Assembly (NCBI GenBank): GCA_048213135.1
Contig: PS015219.1
Span: 84,225 to 148,224 of the forward strand
Origin: Reclinomonas americana ATCC 50394
Taxonomy: Eukaryota
Direction of reading: 5' to 3'
DNA: 64,000 bases
Shown here: positions 26,116-38,400 of the stretch, one piece after another
Position numbering within the stretch: the first letter of the stretch is position 1
How the letters are laid out: each line of letters opens with the position of its first letter
Position numbers and translations under genes: made by a program
The notes under the pieces: model-generated
Database searches by the model: none
What the model was told of the DNA's origin: nothing
Seen by the model: only the letters and a program-made list of their open reading frames with translations

Positions 26116-27116
26116 TTACTTGGTCAGGGGCGGTAGTCGTTGTTGGAGCCATGCGGAAATGTCATCCAGCTCCTCCATGCATGCACTGTGCGGCATGCCA
26201 TCGTACTCGAACCACTCGACCGTCTTGATGCCGGCCTTGAGCAGCATGTCGTTGGTGTAGCGTGCCAGTTTGATGGGCACCATCTCATCTCTGCACAAGC
26301 CAGGTGAGACGAGAGAGACGACCATCAGCGGTGTGATGGTGCACGCAACGCATTGCCGTGGCACAGCAGGACCGGTGTATCGTGCGAGGCTGCTGGTGGC
26401 ATCCAGCGCGTCGGTGCCGGCAAGTACCCCGACATGGAGAACACACCAGCGATCGGCTACTCACCACCACCACCACTGAGCGACCGAAAACACGAACGCA
26501 GCGAGACAACGCAAATCAACTTGACGCACCTTTTCCAGCTGCAGACCCGTGAACAAGCTCACCGCCCCGCCCTGCGAGAAGCCTCCCATGACAACGCGAT
26601 CACGCGCCATCCCCTGCTCGTCAATCAGCTTCTCCATGCTCCTGCGCGTCTCCTCGAGCCCGTCGCACGCCTCCGAGAACCGATCGCCCGTGCGACTTGT
26701 CAGATCGTACCACGACGGCATCTGTGGCCACGACAGTCAGCGATCGTTCAGCTAGTGAGTGAGCGAGGCACACACCTCGTATCCCTCGTTCATCGTCACC
26801 GGCACTGTCGGAGCCGTCGGCAACACAAAGCTGGCATACGGCATCTGCTGGAAGAAGTGACTGGCGGCCTCGGCCCAGCCCACGCACCTGCTGCTGCATC
26901 AGCCACACACTCTCACACACTGCACCACAGCATCAGAGAGAATGAACGCAACGTGTCGCCGAGGCCGTGCAGAATGAGAACAGCTGCAGTGTGCGGCATT
27001 CCTTCCGGAGGTGCCAGCACAAGCAACCCACGTGCAGCGTCGTTGATGATGCGTGGGATGACCGCAGGGCGACGCGACGCTGTTGAGAAGAGACGGCGGG
27101 CTCCGAGAAACAACAT
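26116..27116 (-). CDS. LYPLA: Acyl-protein thioesterase/lysophospholipase (alpha/beta hydrolase) with a presequence-like N-terminus
   Basis: LHGLGDT, PTAPTVPVTMN..MPSWYD, GGFSQGG (nucleophile), HGNADEMVP and YDGMPHS form a complete catalytic triad. Confidence 0.92.
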
Positions 27117-27175
27117 TTTGTGCAAGAGTGTCCTCTCCGTCGCTCTGTCCTCCTCTCTTCGTTGCTGTGACGACA

Positions 27176-29255
27176 ATGAGCGCTCGAGTCGTTGCATTGT
27201 TGTTGTTGCTGGTCACTGTCGCGGTTGTCGCGAGTGCAGCGGGTGAGAGCAATCGTGCATGACATGCATTGCATCACTGTGTGCTCATTCTCGTCACACA
27301 CACGCGCACGCACAGTGCACCGTCGTGTCATGCCGTGGGCGTGTCTGGAACGCTGCGGACGAGATGCGGATGTCGACCAGGTGCGTTCTCTCTGTGTGTA
27401 CAAAAGAGAGAGAGAATGTTCGCATCTCATGATCTTTGCATGTTGTAGTTCATCCAACACCAGTCGACGCTGAACGCGGTATCGTACGAGGCCTTTGATC
27501 TGGGAAAGAACGCCACGTTTGTCGACAACAAGTTCACTCGTCTGCAGAGTGCGTCGTCGTCTCATATGCATTGCTGGCGGAGAAAAAGACTTACTGGTGC
27601 CACAGCGGTCCTTCGCGACGCCGGCTACAAGGGCGAGCTGTACGCGATGATCACCACCACCTCCATCAATTATATTCTGGAGCTGATGAAGAACCCGCAA
27701 GGCTTCATCGAGGCCGCTGTTTCGCGTGGTGTCGCCGACAGTTTCGTGTTTCCCCGCCTGCCTCCCTCAGTCTCCAGCATTGTGAACCCACACCCCGCTG
27801 CGCACACGCAGAGATCACGGGCTTCAACATCGACTTTGAGCCGTGCCAGAATGGCGAGAAGGGCTGTGATGCGACGGCGGCGCGTGAGTTTGCCGACTTT
27901 TTGGACCAGTTTGCCAAGGCGCTGCACTCGCACAACATGCGGCTGTCGGTCGATGTGGCCACGTGGTCGGAGTTCTGGGACTACGAGAAGATCTCGGCGT
28001 CGGCTGTCGACGAAGTGTGTGTGATGGATACGTACACGTCCAGTGTGTCGTCGTTCACGCGCTCGCTGCAACACGCGCTCGCCACCATCCCGAAGAGCAA
28101 GCTCACCATTGGCCTCTGCAACACGTGCACCAAGTCGCCGCTGCCCATCGACACTGTGCAGGTACGAGAGAGAGTGTGTGTGTATGATCTTCACCTCTCC
28201 ATTTCCTTCTGTTTTCCGCCTTCCTCTGACTTACTACACGAGTGAGCGTGACTGCAAGCACCTTTCCCCTGTTCTCCTTCTCCATTTCCTCCTTCCTATG
28301 GCTCGCCGCACGAGTGAGCGTGACATATTGGTGACCGCGCGCACATGCATCTCCCCTTCCAACTGACCTTCTTTCGCCTTTTCCACGTCACGTCTCCCCT
28401 GACTCACTTGACAACAAGCACATCCATTTCCCCCTCTTCTCCTCTCCACTTGGCGTCTCCATTTTCTTCAATTCTCCTCCTTCCTCTGACTCAACGAGAG
28501 AGCGTGACAGCAAGCACCTTTCCCCTCTTCTCCTTCTCCATTTTTTCTGTTTCCTCCTTCCCCCGACTCACAACACGAGTGAGCGTGACATATTGGTGAC
28601 CGCGCGCACATGCATCTCCCCTTCCAACTGACCTTCTTACTCCTTTTCCACTTCAATTCTTCCCCTGACTCACTTGACAACAAGCACATCCCTTTTCCCT
28701 TCTTCTCCTCCCCACCTGGCGTCTCCATTTTCTTCAATTTTCCTCCTTTCTCTGACTCAATGAGAGAGCGTGACTGCAAGCACCTTTCCCCTCTTCTCCT
28801 TTTCCGTTTCCTTCTGTTTCCTCCTTCCTCCGACTCACAACATGAGAGAGTGTGACATATTAGTGACTGTACTGCACATGCATTTCGCCTTCCTCCTGAC
28901 CTTCTTTCTCCGTTTCCACGTCGCATCCCCCCTGACTCACTTTAGTGACAACAAGCACATCCATTCTCCTTCTTCTCCTTTTCCACTTGCCGTCTCCTTT
29001 TTCTCCTTCTCCCTCGCTCCACACCGACTCACTACCTCTATGTATTTTCTTCCCTTCTTCCTTCTCCTTTCCCCCATTCTCCTCCTTCCCCCTTTCTCAC
29101 GTCCCCATCTTGCACAGACCTTCATGTCTCTGGTCGAGTCCAACAACGTGGAGCGCGTGGCCATCTGGGAGACCCCAGTCGAATCGCCGTGGATGCCGCT
29201 GCTCGACAAGTTTGTCACCAACTCCACCTCCGTGCTGGAACTCAATGCACAGTAA
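27176..29255 (+). CDS. Secreted glycoside hydrolase family 18-like protein
   Basis: Signal peptide MSARVVALLLLLVTVAVVASA, then ITGFNIDFEP, VCVMDTY, IPKSKLTIGL and VAIW. Confidence 0.75.
28240..29000 (+). repeat. Intronic tandem array of about 3 x 260-265 nt with internal sub-repeats
   Basis: GAGCGTGACWGCAAGCACCTTTCCCCT recurs near 28244, 28500 and 28766. GTGACATATTRGTGAC recurs near 28320, 28585 and 28852. Confidence 0.85.
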
Positions 29256-29344
29256 CGGAGAGTCTTCCCCCCCCTCGGTACTCTTGCAATCCCTTCCATT
29301 AATAAATACAACGTGCCCACTTGCTTTGCTGTACGTGGTGACAC

Positions 29345-32300
29345 TCAGTGACGACCAGCGGCAGCCGCTGCCAGATATTGCTGCACCATTTCGCGGATAC
29401 GCGGTTGTAGCTCGTCGGCCATTGCCCTGGCCAGTTGTGTCGCCATGTCGGCATCTCCCGGCAGCAACTGCGTGTCTTCCTCCACCAACTCGATAACACT
29501 CGAACCCTCCTCAATCTCATCGTCGTCATCCTCACCGGCGGCGGCAATGTGCGCGTGACCACCGGCTCCTCTTGGCGCCGCTGCCGCTGCTGCCGTTCCT
29601 CTGGTGCCACTTGTCGCCGGAGGAGGTGCTGCCGCGGCAGTACCACGCTGTACGGAGGTGCGCCGTGGGCGCGGCGACATTTCACGCTCCGCAGCCACCA
29701 TTTCGCCCGGTGCCGGCAGCTCACCGCCATCAATCATGGCGACAACATCGTCGTCGGAGAAGTGACGTCGATGCATATTACTGATTCGCGAGGGCCTCCG
29801 TCGCAGCCACGCGTCACTCTGCAGCGAGAATCGTAAGAAACGGGTCACGCAGACAAGCACATACACCTGCTCCGCAACTTCTTTACGTGGACGAATGATC
29901 ATGCTGGGGAAGGCGAAATCGCCACCAGGCAGGAACAGGCCCGGCTGATGGCGCTCCGCTGGCGTCTGCGGGGTGGTGGGCTCGTCGGCGTGCGCACGCG
30001 GCCTCGTGGCCGCATCGCCTGGCGCCCCGAAGAACGACTCGCCGTGCATAAGCATCGGCGCCGGTTCGTCGTCGCCACCGTCATCATCATCGTCGCCGTC
30101 ATCGCCGTCGCTCGCATCGTCCTTGCTCTTGCCACTGCCTCCCTTGCTGCAGGTGGTGGAAACACAAGCGTTGTGAAAAACAAACTTGTGCAACACAACA
30201 CACGCACACGGTACCTGTTTGGCCCGGAGTTCGGCTGGCTCGATTGCTTGCCACGAGCGGCGGCGCGCTTGTCTTGTTGCGCCTGCAATCACACACACGG
30301 AGAGAGAGAGAGAGAAGAGAGAAAACAATGAGTGCATGCAAAACCAGGAGGCGATCACTGACAAGCGCACCTTTTGCTGCAAGCGCTTGCGCACAGTGAC
30401 GTACGAATCCTCTGCGGATCGGGAGTGAGCTTGCAAGAGACAGGAAGGAAGCAGGTGCATTCGTCAACAAGTGAACAAACCAATGATTGACACCTGTGCA
30501 CATGAACAGCAGTGAGGCCATTTGTCACGGACGAGAGAGTGAGCATGCAACCATGGCTCACCGCCAATGACAGAGCGGCTGAAATGAGAATGAACACGTA
30601 GGTGTAGATGTACAGGCGTGAGAACGCCCACAGCACGGTTCCACCTGCAACAGATTGTATGCGTCGGTGATAGCCAGGCACGACAACAAAGCAAAGCAGG
30701 TGGACGAACCAGAAGCAGCAGAATCAAACGTCTGATGCACCGAGTCGCCGTACAGCAACGAGAACAGGCTGACGCACGACTCGTCAAACGTGGCGAACTG
30801 ACATTGTGCAACGCATGAGCAACAGCCGGGGGGAAGTGGAGACCACACATAGACACATACATACACACCCATGGGTTCACGTTGCCGAACGCCAGATTGC
30901 CCAGCAGCGCGTACGCCATAAAGATCGGCGTGCCACCCAACAGGTAGGCTCCCAGGTTGCGCGACGCTTGCTTCAGCGTGAGGATGAGGAACTGCGTACG
31001 CACACTGTGAGTGGCCACGATTGCGAACGACTCGACCAAGCCACAGCGACGCAACATAGCAGCCCGGCACATGCTCGAAGAAGCGCATGAAGCTGATCCA
31101 GACTGTACACAGAGAGGATTGTTGAGTTTCCTCCAATATCCCACGTCACAACGAGGGGAAAAACGCAACCAAAGAAGCACGCCAGACCAAACATCCGATT
31201 GACGACGTACTCTTGCGAGAACTGCACACAGGTCAGCGACTTACTTTCGGCACAGAGCATGTACGAAAAGAATCAAAAACGCACCACATAGGAGCGGAAC
31301 ATAATGTAGAGAAGGCATGTCAATATGACAAAGCCGCAGGCGATGATGGTGAGCACGGTCCAGAATGACATGAACCAGGTCCACCGCTGCCACCAGCGCA
31401 TGTTGGTGAACACGTCGTCTGACAAGCCTTTCGCGCGGAAGTACTACACTCGGACAGGTGAGCGAAGAGCAGAAATAAAGAGAGCGGGCAGTTACATTGG
31501 CGCAACTTTGGGGGCGATCTTTCGATTGCGTCGGATGGCCTGCGGGGGGAGAGAAAGATGACTAATGAGCTGGGGGTGCGTCCGCTGTATAGGATAGCAA
31601 CACCAACCTTGAAGGTGAGGAACAGCAACAGAGTGGCGCACACCAACAGCGACCAAGACAGCCAGAACACAGTGTCACTCTTCACAGAATTCCAGTTATC
31701 TGTCGAGCGCTCAGCAACACGGAAGGCAACACTAAATAGCATCTCGAAAGAACGCACTCGGCTCCACGGGACAGAACTCGGTCCACGCACTAAAGGTCTC
31801 CGTCAGCTGACCACCTCGTGCCGACATGTCATAGCGGTTCTGTCGGGGCTGGTGAGTGCGCACGCATACACGCACACAGACATCACACGCCGGCATACTT
31901 TTAGCTGCCACGTCACGCAGCTGGGCGCACTGACGCTACCTCCTGTCGACGCAGTGGTGCGCAGCGTGTAGCGCAACTCCATGGTCACCAAGTTTTCGTA
32001 GAACTCTGCGCGTGGCGAGACGTGAGTGTGCTCGATTGCATGAGAACGAGAGAGGAAGTACGCGACGCAACTGCGGACTTTGTCTGGCTGACCGACCAGT
32101 GGGCCAATGTCACTCGGTCCCACGGGGTAGACCACTTCGTGCACATTCATGTCCGACGGGTAATCTTGGAACCTGCATAGACGCGTGAATGAGCGAGCAC
32201 AGCACGGCAACACCGGATCCGGTTCGGAGAGAACGCAAACGCAACGCAAAGACGTGTAGCAGTGGTTGAAACTGTGCGGCGGAGAACGAGGGTCACAGAA

Positions 32301-33274
32301 CCGTCCACAACACGCATGATTAAATGGCTGCAAAGTGACACACAAACCGGCTGATTGTACTCGTCAATGGTGTGGTAAGTCTCGATCGATGTTGCTGTTC
32401 AGCGAGGTGAGCGAGACCCACAAAGGAGACACGTCACGAAGACACAAGCACCAACGTACCTGGCATGGCTGACCACTGTGCAAGAGAAAGAAGAGTGAAC
32501 AACCGGGCTTGTGTATGCAGCACTGCCATGCAAGAGACGCAACTGCTGCAAGCACGTTCTGCACGCGACTCGCCACATCTGTCATCCCGAACAACGTGAA
32601 CGATGGGTACCCGAGCGGTGCTGGCGACTGGCGGTGAGTGCCAGAAGGCGACCGCACACAAAAAAACAGACAATCACAAGAAAACCCTCTCACCCGACGA
32701 GTAAATCGACGCGCCACCAGGCAAAAAGTAGTTGACAAACGCCGCATTGGCCGAGTTGAGGTACGTCGTGCGGTTCTCCACAATCTGCATAGCTGCAACA
32801 AACAACCAATCAAATCATCAGCCGCACAAAACACACACACATTGCCTCGCACAAATGAAAAACAGACGCAACCAATGGTGGTCACCAACACCAACATCGC
32901 AAACGACAGCAGCATCTTCCACGGGAATCGACCAAAGCGACACCACTTACGAACAGGCGAGCTGCATGCGGAGATGAGAACAAAACACACATTGAAAAAT
33001 TCTTCCGCCACCCTCACCTCTCCACCTCCTCCACCACATCCATCACACGGAAGCGATTCGCGCGTGACTCACGCCCGCCTCGCCGCCAATAACAGCAGCA
33101 ACAGAGGAGACGCTCAAAGCACGGCGTGCGACGCGCAATCTGACTTCCCGCCGTCGTCGTCGTCCCACCCGAGTTCACACTGCCCACTTGCGACGCTATT
33201 GTCACCACACGCGGTGTCCCGCCCAGCGACTGATACGCATTCGCGTCGGTGGTGGACGGTGCACCCCCGCGCAT
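29345..33274 (-). CDS. MCOLN: Mucolipin/TRPML-like cation channel with a long acidic cytosolic tail
   Basis: SPVRKWCRFGRFPWKMLL, VWISFMRFFEHVPGCYFLILTLKQA, pore-helix FATFDESCVSLFSLLYGDSV and SRLYIYTYVFILIS. Confidence 0.85.
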
Positions 33275-33358
33275 TCTTCCTTTTTTTGTGATGGAATCGG
33301 CCAACTGTCCACTTCGCGCGCGAGCGGCATCTGTCTCTGTCCAGGTCGTTGACAAACA

Positions 33359-35330
33359 ATGGCATCGTTGTCGCGCGTTCCTCGTACGGACACGACCGCG
33401 TTGGCTTCATCGAAGCTGTGCGTCTCTCTCTCTGTCTCAATCGTTGGTGTCTTTGTCATGCTGACTGCTGTTGTCGATGAGCAGAAACTCGTTGCACAAT
33501 GATCGCGTGCACAGTCTTCGCTCGGGCGACTATGAGCGCGCCAAGACGCTGATCAACATGGTGGAGACGGTGAAGCGGGAGTTGCGTTGTGTGTGAGAGA
33601 GAGAGCAAGGCGCTTCTCTGTTGTTGTTTTGGAGCTGACTCGAACAACAGGACGCAGGTGGCGGTGGAAGACGCCGAGGCATGTGCTGTGTGTGTGTGCG
33701 TGTGATGGGGAGGTGGACTGGAGTGCTTATCTCTTCTCTCTTTCTTTTCCTCCTCTCCGCCAGCGCGAACGACAGCGATCGGAGAAAAGGCGACTGGATC
33801 AGGCTCTGTCGTCGGAGGAGGAGCAGTTTGAGCGTGAGTGGGACGAGCGACAGGTGGAGGTGGAGAACGAGTGCGCCGAGAAGCTGCGACACATGGATGT
33901 TGCGTTTTTTGACGAGAAAGAGATGCATTTTTGTTTTGTGTCATTGTGGTTGCCGACGAGCGCTGCGTGCCTTGTTAGGAGACACATGCGTACGACCGGA
34001 GGGTGCTGGAGGAGCAAATCGAGGCGCTGATCCAGCGCTCGGCGATCAAGTACTCTCCGCGGTATCTGGAGATGCAGGATACGTTGAGGAAGCTGGAGCG
34101 AAATCACCGGTTAGTCTCACATTGAGGGAGGGAGGAGAGGGGAAGAGGGAGAGGGAGAGAGAGGGAGAAAGAGGGAGGCAGGAATGCTTCAGTTGCGACG
34201 TATTCGTCTTTAGGAGGGAGGTCTACTCCAAGTTGTGAGATGGAGAGCATTTAGCCAAGATCCCTCCACGCACACATTCCCGTTTCATGTTGAGGGGTGG
34301 TTGAAGGAAGGTGCAGCAACCAAAGTGGAGAGGATCGATGATGAGTTCTCTTCGCAGACTTTTGTGCAGTGATCTTGATGTTGCGATTGTTCTTTCTGCA
34401 CACATTCCCCTTCCTTCACTGTGAGGCTGTTGGAGAGGGAGCTTGCATCAGTAACCATGGTGAAGAGGATCGGCGGCGAGTTCTTTTTGCAGTCACTCCC
34501 CTTTCGTGAGGAAAGTTTGCTTCAGTGATCTTCCGCACACGTTCCCCTTCCTTTGTTGTGGAAGGGTTTCTCAAGACTGTTCACCGACACGCACGTGGGG
34601 AAGGCGATGCCTCGCAGGTTCTTCTTCTTTTTTTGACACGTAGTAGATCTCATCTGATGTTGTTGTGGGATTCCGTGACTGTGTATGTATCGTAGCGATG
34701 AGGAGTCTTCTCCACACACACTTTCCCTTCTCCCCCCACCTTCTCCCCCTTCTGAATTCCCTCTTGTGTCTGCAGATACGACGAGGCCAAGGAGGTGCGA
34801 CGACGCCTGTCGGACCTGGAGCAGATGGAGATTCGTGATTTCGAGCAGCAGCTGGCGGAGACCGTGGCGCGTCGGAGACAGCGTCTGGCCGAGAAGCAGC
34901 AGTCGGAGCGCACGTTTATGGAGCAGTCGATTGCCAATTCGCAGCTGCGCGCCAAGCGGTTACGCGCCGAGGCGAAGCGAGAGTTGAGTCGTCACACGCA
35001 GCGAGGTTCCCGTGTGCGTGCTTGTTGGGTGCTGACCTCGTGTGCTGTCGACAGAATGGAACAACGCAAAGTCAACCACACGCGCGACATGCAGCATGCA
35101 CACGCGTTGGAGTTCTGCGCCCCGAAGGTACCGGCTCAGGTCATTGCCCAGACGCGCCAGTCACACCACCTGTCGTCCACCAACCGTGGCACACTGATGA
35201 TTTCGCGATCGGCGGTACGTATCCTCGATCGCCCATGAAGATAAGCATGCATGTGCTCACTTTGAACGTGTGCCACCAGGGCAACCCGTTTGCAGTGCCG
35301 TCGCTGTGTGCTCTGGACGAAACTTTGTGA
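33359..35330 (+). CDS. Coiled-coil protein with UVR-like 'YExAK' motifs, function unknown
   Basis: In-frame spliced exons GDYERAKTLI, KYSPRYLEMQ, RYDEAKEVRRRL and C-terminal VPSLCALDETL. Contains a long intron at about 34110-34775. Confidence 0.65.
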
Positions 35331-35420
35331 AAAACGACGACATCTAGATAACGGAAATGCGTGGGAACGAGACGAAGAAAAACAGCAAACAGTAAAGAAA
35401 ACATGTGCAGCAATTCGACA

Positions 35421-38400
35421 TTACACTCTCCACGCTTCCAGCACCGCCATCTCCTCCGGCAGATCGATGAAGGGCTTTTCGATGCTGCGGATCATCATGG
35501 TGCCACAGAAGATGCACTCGCCGGCCACCATGTCATCCAGTTCGTTGTTGAGACGCACGAGCAGTGACGGACCGCGTCCTATCGACGACTCGCCTCCGTC
35601 GGCCTCGGCAGACCCTGCACACCAAGCATGTCAATTACCGCCACCACCACTCTTTTGTCGCCACGACGCGAGTACGAACCGAGCATTTGTCGTGACGGAG
35701 ACGACGGTGTGCTGGGAGGCTGCGTCACATCGCGCTCCTTTTCTCGCTTGATCTGCTTGATGAGCTCGGCAATGCGCTCGCGCCGTGCTTGTGTGCATGT
35801 GCGCAGAATCTTTTCGTCGACAACAACCACATGAGCAGCTGGGATGTGCACAGCACACCACATAATGCGACACACACCTCATCCAGCAAAGCCTCGGCCA
35901 GGAACACATGGCCGCACGGGAACAAATAGAACGAATGACCAAAGATGGGCTGCTGTGTCAAGTCGCACTTTTGCATCGTGTTCACAAAGCCGTATCTGTG
36001 CGCCACACGAGTCAGCAATCGAGCACGTCCACGCAGCAATGCGCCAGACTTCCAACCTTGTGCGGAGCTCCTTGATATCGTCGCGAATCTTGTCGGCAGA
36101 ATCCGTGGCCTCGTTCATCATGTTGTGCAGCTCGTCAATCTCCTTGTTGTAGTCCCCGAGTGAGCGACAGATCTCCGTCTTGAACTGGTCGATGCGGACA
36201 AAGTCGGGGAAGAACGGCAAAATGTCCTCGATCTTGAGAATCGGGTTCTCATGCACCAGCTCCACAGCCCTGCAGCCATCACACACATCAGCTCTTTCGC
36301 CTCCACCCACGACAAATACAATCACGACGCAACGCGCTAATGCCCTTGTCGCCGTGGTGCGTGATCATGTACTCCGCAATGCGTCTCCACAGCTTCTTGC
36401 GCAGATCCTTTTCGTCCTCCGTCGGACCCTCGGCGTGCACCTTGGCCAACTCCACATCGTCGATTTGCAACGCCATCTCCACCGCCTCCTCGTACAACTC
36501 CATCATCGAATACAGCATGACACACGCTTCGTACATGCCCTCCTCCTTGCAGCGGTGCAGCGCGTACTTGAGATCAAAGAAGCAGTCTTGACTCTGCACC
36601 AGCAGCAACAAGCGAGATATTTTTCTTGTCAGCGTACGACGGTGAATCGACAGGAAAAAATGAGACGACGCACATGAATGAACGCCTTCAGCTTGTCCGC
36701 ATCCCTGTCGGCGGCGTACAGCGACAGCAGCAAGTTGTGGATCGACTGGTCCATGTTCGACAAGCGCGTGATGCAATACTCGAGGTACCGGATGACTTGG
36801 TTCGAGGTTTCGTCTTGCAGCTCATTCTGCAGCACGCACAGCAACAAGTCAGTGTGCAATGCGCGCGATTTTTTCGCCCACAGCAGCAGTCGTCGCTGTC
36901 ACTGACCTTGGAGGGATCGTAGCGCATGAGTGCCGGAATGAGCTTGACAGGCTCCAGCCAGTCGTACATTTGCAGCGCGCTGACCAACTCGCACGGAATG
37001 TTTTCCATCAGCACCGGTGAGAATCGGTAAAACAGATCAGCCACTTGTTCGGGCGCCAGATCCGACTGCGGGGGAAAAGGAGAGGAGAGGGGCAAGTGTG
37101 GGTAAAATCAGTCTGCTTACATCTCTCACTCCAGGAGACATCCAGGAGACAGAGAGAGGGAGAGAGAAAGAGGAGCGAGTAACGTCTCTCTCCCTTCACT
37201 GGCAAATGCCCCTGTCTGCCCTGTACTCCCCCTTCTCTCTCTCTCTCCTTCTCTTTCCGTGTTTGTTCTAGTTCCCTCTTACTCCTTTGGAGAGTGATGT
37301 AGGAGAAGGAGTGTGGCAGTCACTTTTCCTTCCCTTGCAAATGTCCCTGTGTGCCCTATCCTTTCTCACCTCTCCCTCTCATGCTCTCTCCGTCGGTGAG
37401 AGACACGGAGAGAGAGAGAGAGAGCGAATGACAGCCTCCCATCCTTCCCTTGCAAATGCTCCTCTCTGTCCTTCCACCTCCCTCTTTTCCCTCTCCCCCT
37501 TCCTCTTCCGCCTTCTCTCTCTCGCTCGCACACCTGCATGACTTCATGTTCCAGCACATGCAGCACTTCCATAAAAGTGCCACGGCTGACGTAGTGGCTC
37601 AGCTTGCGCTCATAGTCGCCAATGATGGTGGCAAAGTGCAGCATCTCATCCACACGTCCGTGCGAGTTGACGAGCGAGAATGTCGTCTCCTTGTCCAGCA
37701 CGTCCTGCGCGCAGCAACAAGGCATTGGTGAGCACACACGTGCGTCGAATACACTCTCAGAGGCACACACCCACGCACCTTGTAATTCTCCAAAAACTCG
37801 CGGAACTCGTGGAGCACTTGTGCAAAGCGATCGCGATTGGCCGAACCACCTTCCTCCGCATCATCACACTCGTGCAGGTACAACTCGGTGAGCCACGTGC
37901 TGAGGCATGTCGCTTGTGTCGCGTCCTGCACGTTTTAACAACGACGGTGAGATTTTGTGGTGCCGTCGAGACTGTTGAAGGATCACACACACCTTGGTGG
38001 GATCGTACTTGGACAGCCGAGTCAACAAAAACGTCTTCAGCGCCTCGGTTTCGCCGGCACCGACAAACTTGAGCGTGATCTCTTCGAACGGACGGTCCGT
38101 GTCAGCGTACAATTTGGCCGCTTGCTGTTGATTTAATGCCGACGTGTGAGCACCAAGAGAAACGTGCACAGCAGCAGCAGATGTTGCTCCACCAAACCTT
38201 GAAGTCGCCCTGCATAAAGTGAAAGTCGGCCTCCACCATGCGCACTTTCTCCTCCTTTTCCGGATCGCCTTCACAGTGGGCCAACGCATCCGCAAAGAAG
38301 CGCGGATTCGGTCGTTCCGAGTCCAACGCAGTCTCCAGATACGCACGCCACACGCCGGCCTGCTCGCGGACCACGCGCACCTCAAACACGGACGAGTCGC

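Noticed and set aside
28240-29000. CRISPR-like or transposon interpretation of the periodic repeats
   Set aside because: The units are degenerate with no unique spacers, and there are no cas genes, TIRs or transposase. They lie inside a eukaryotic intron.
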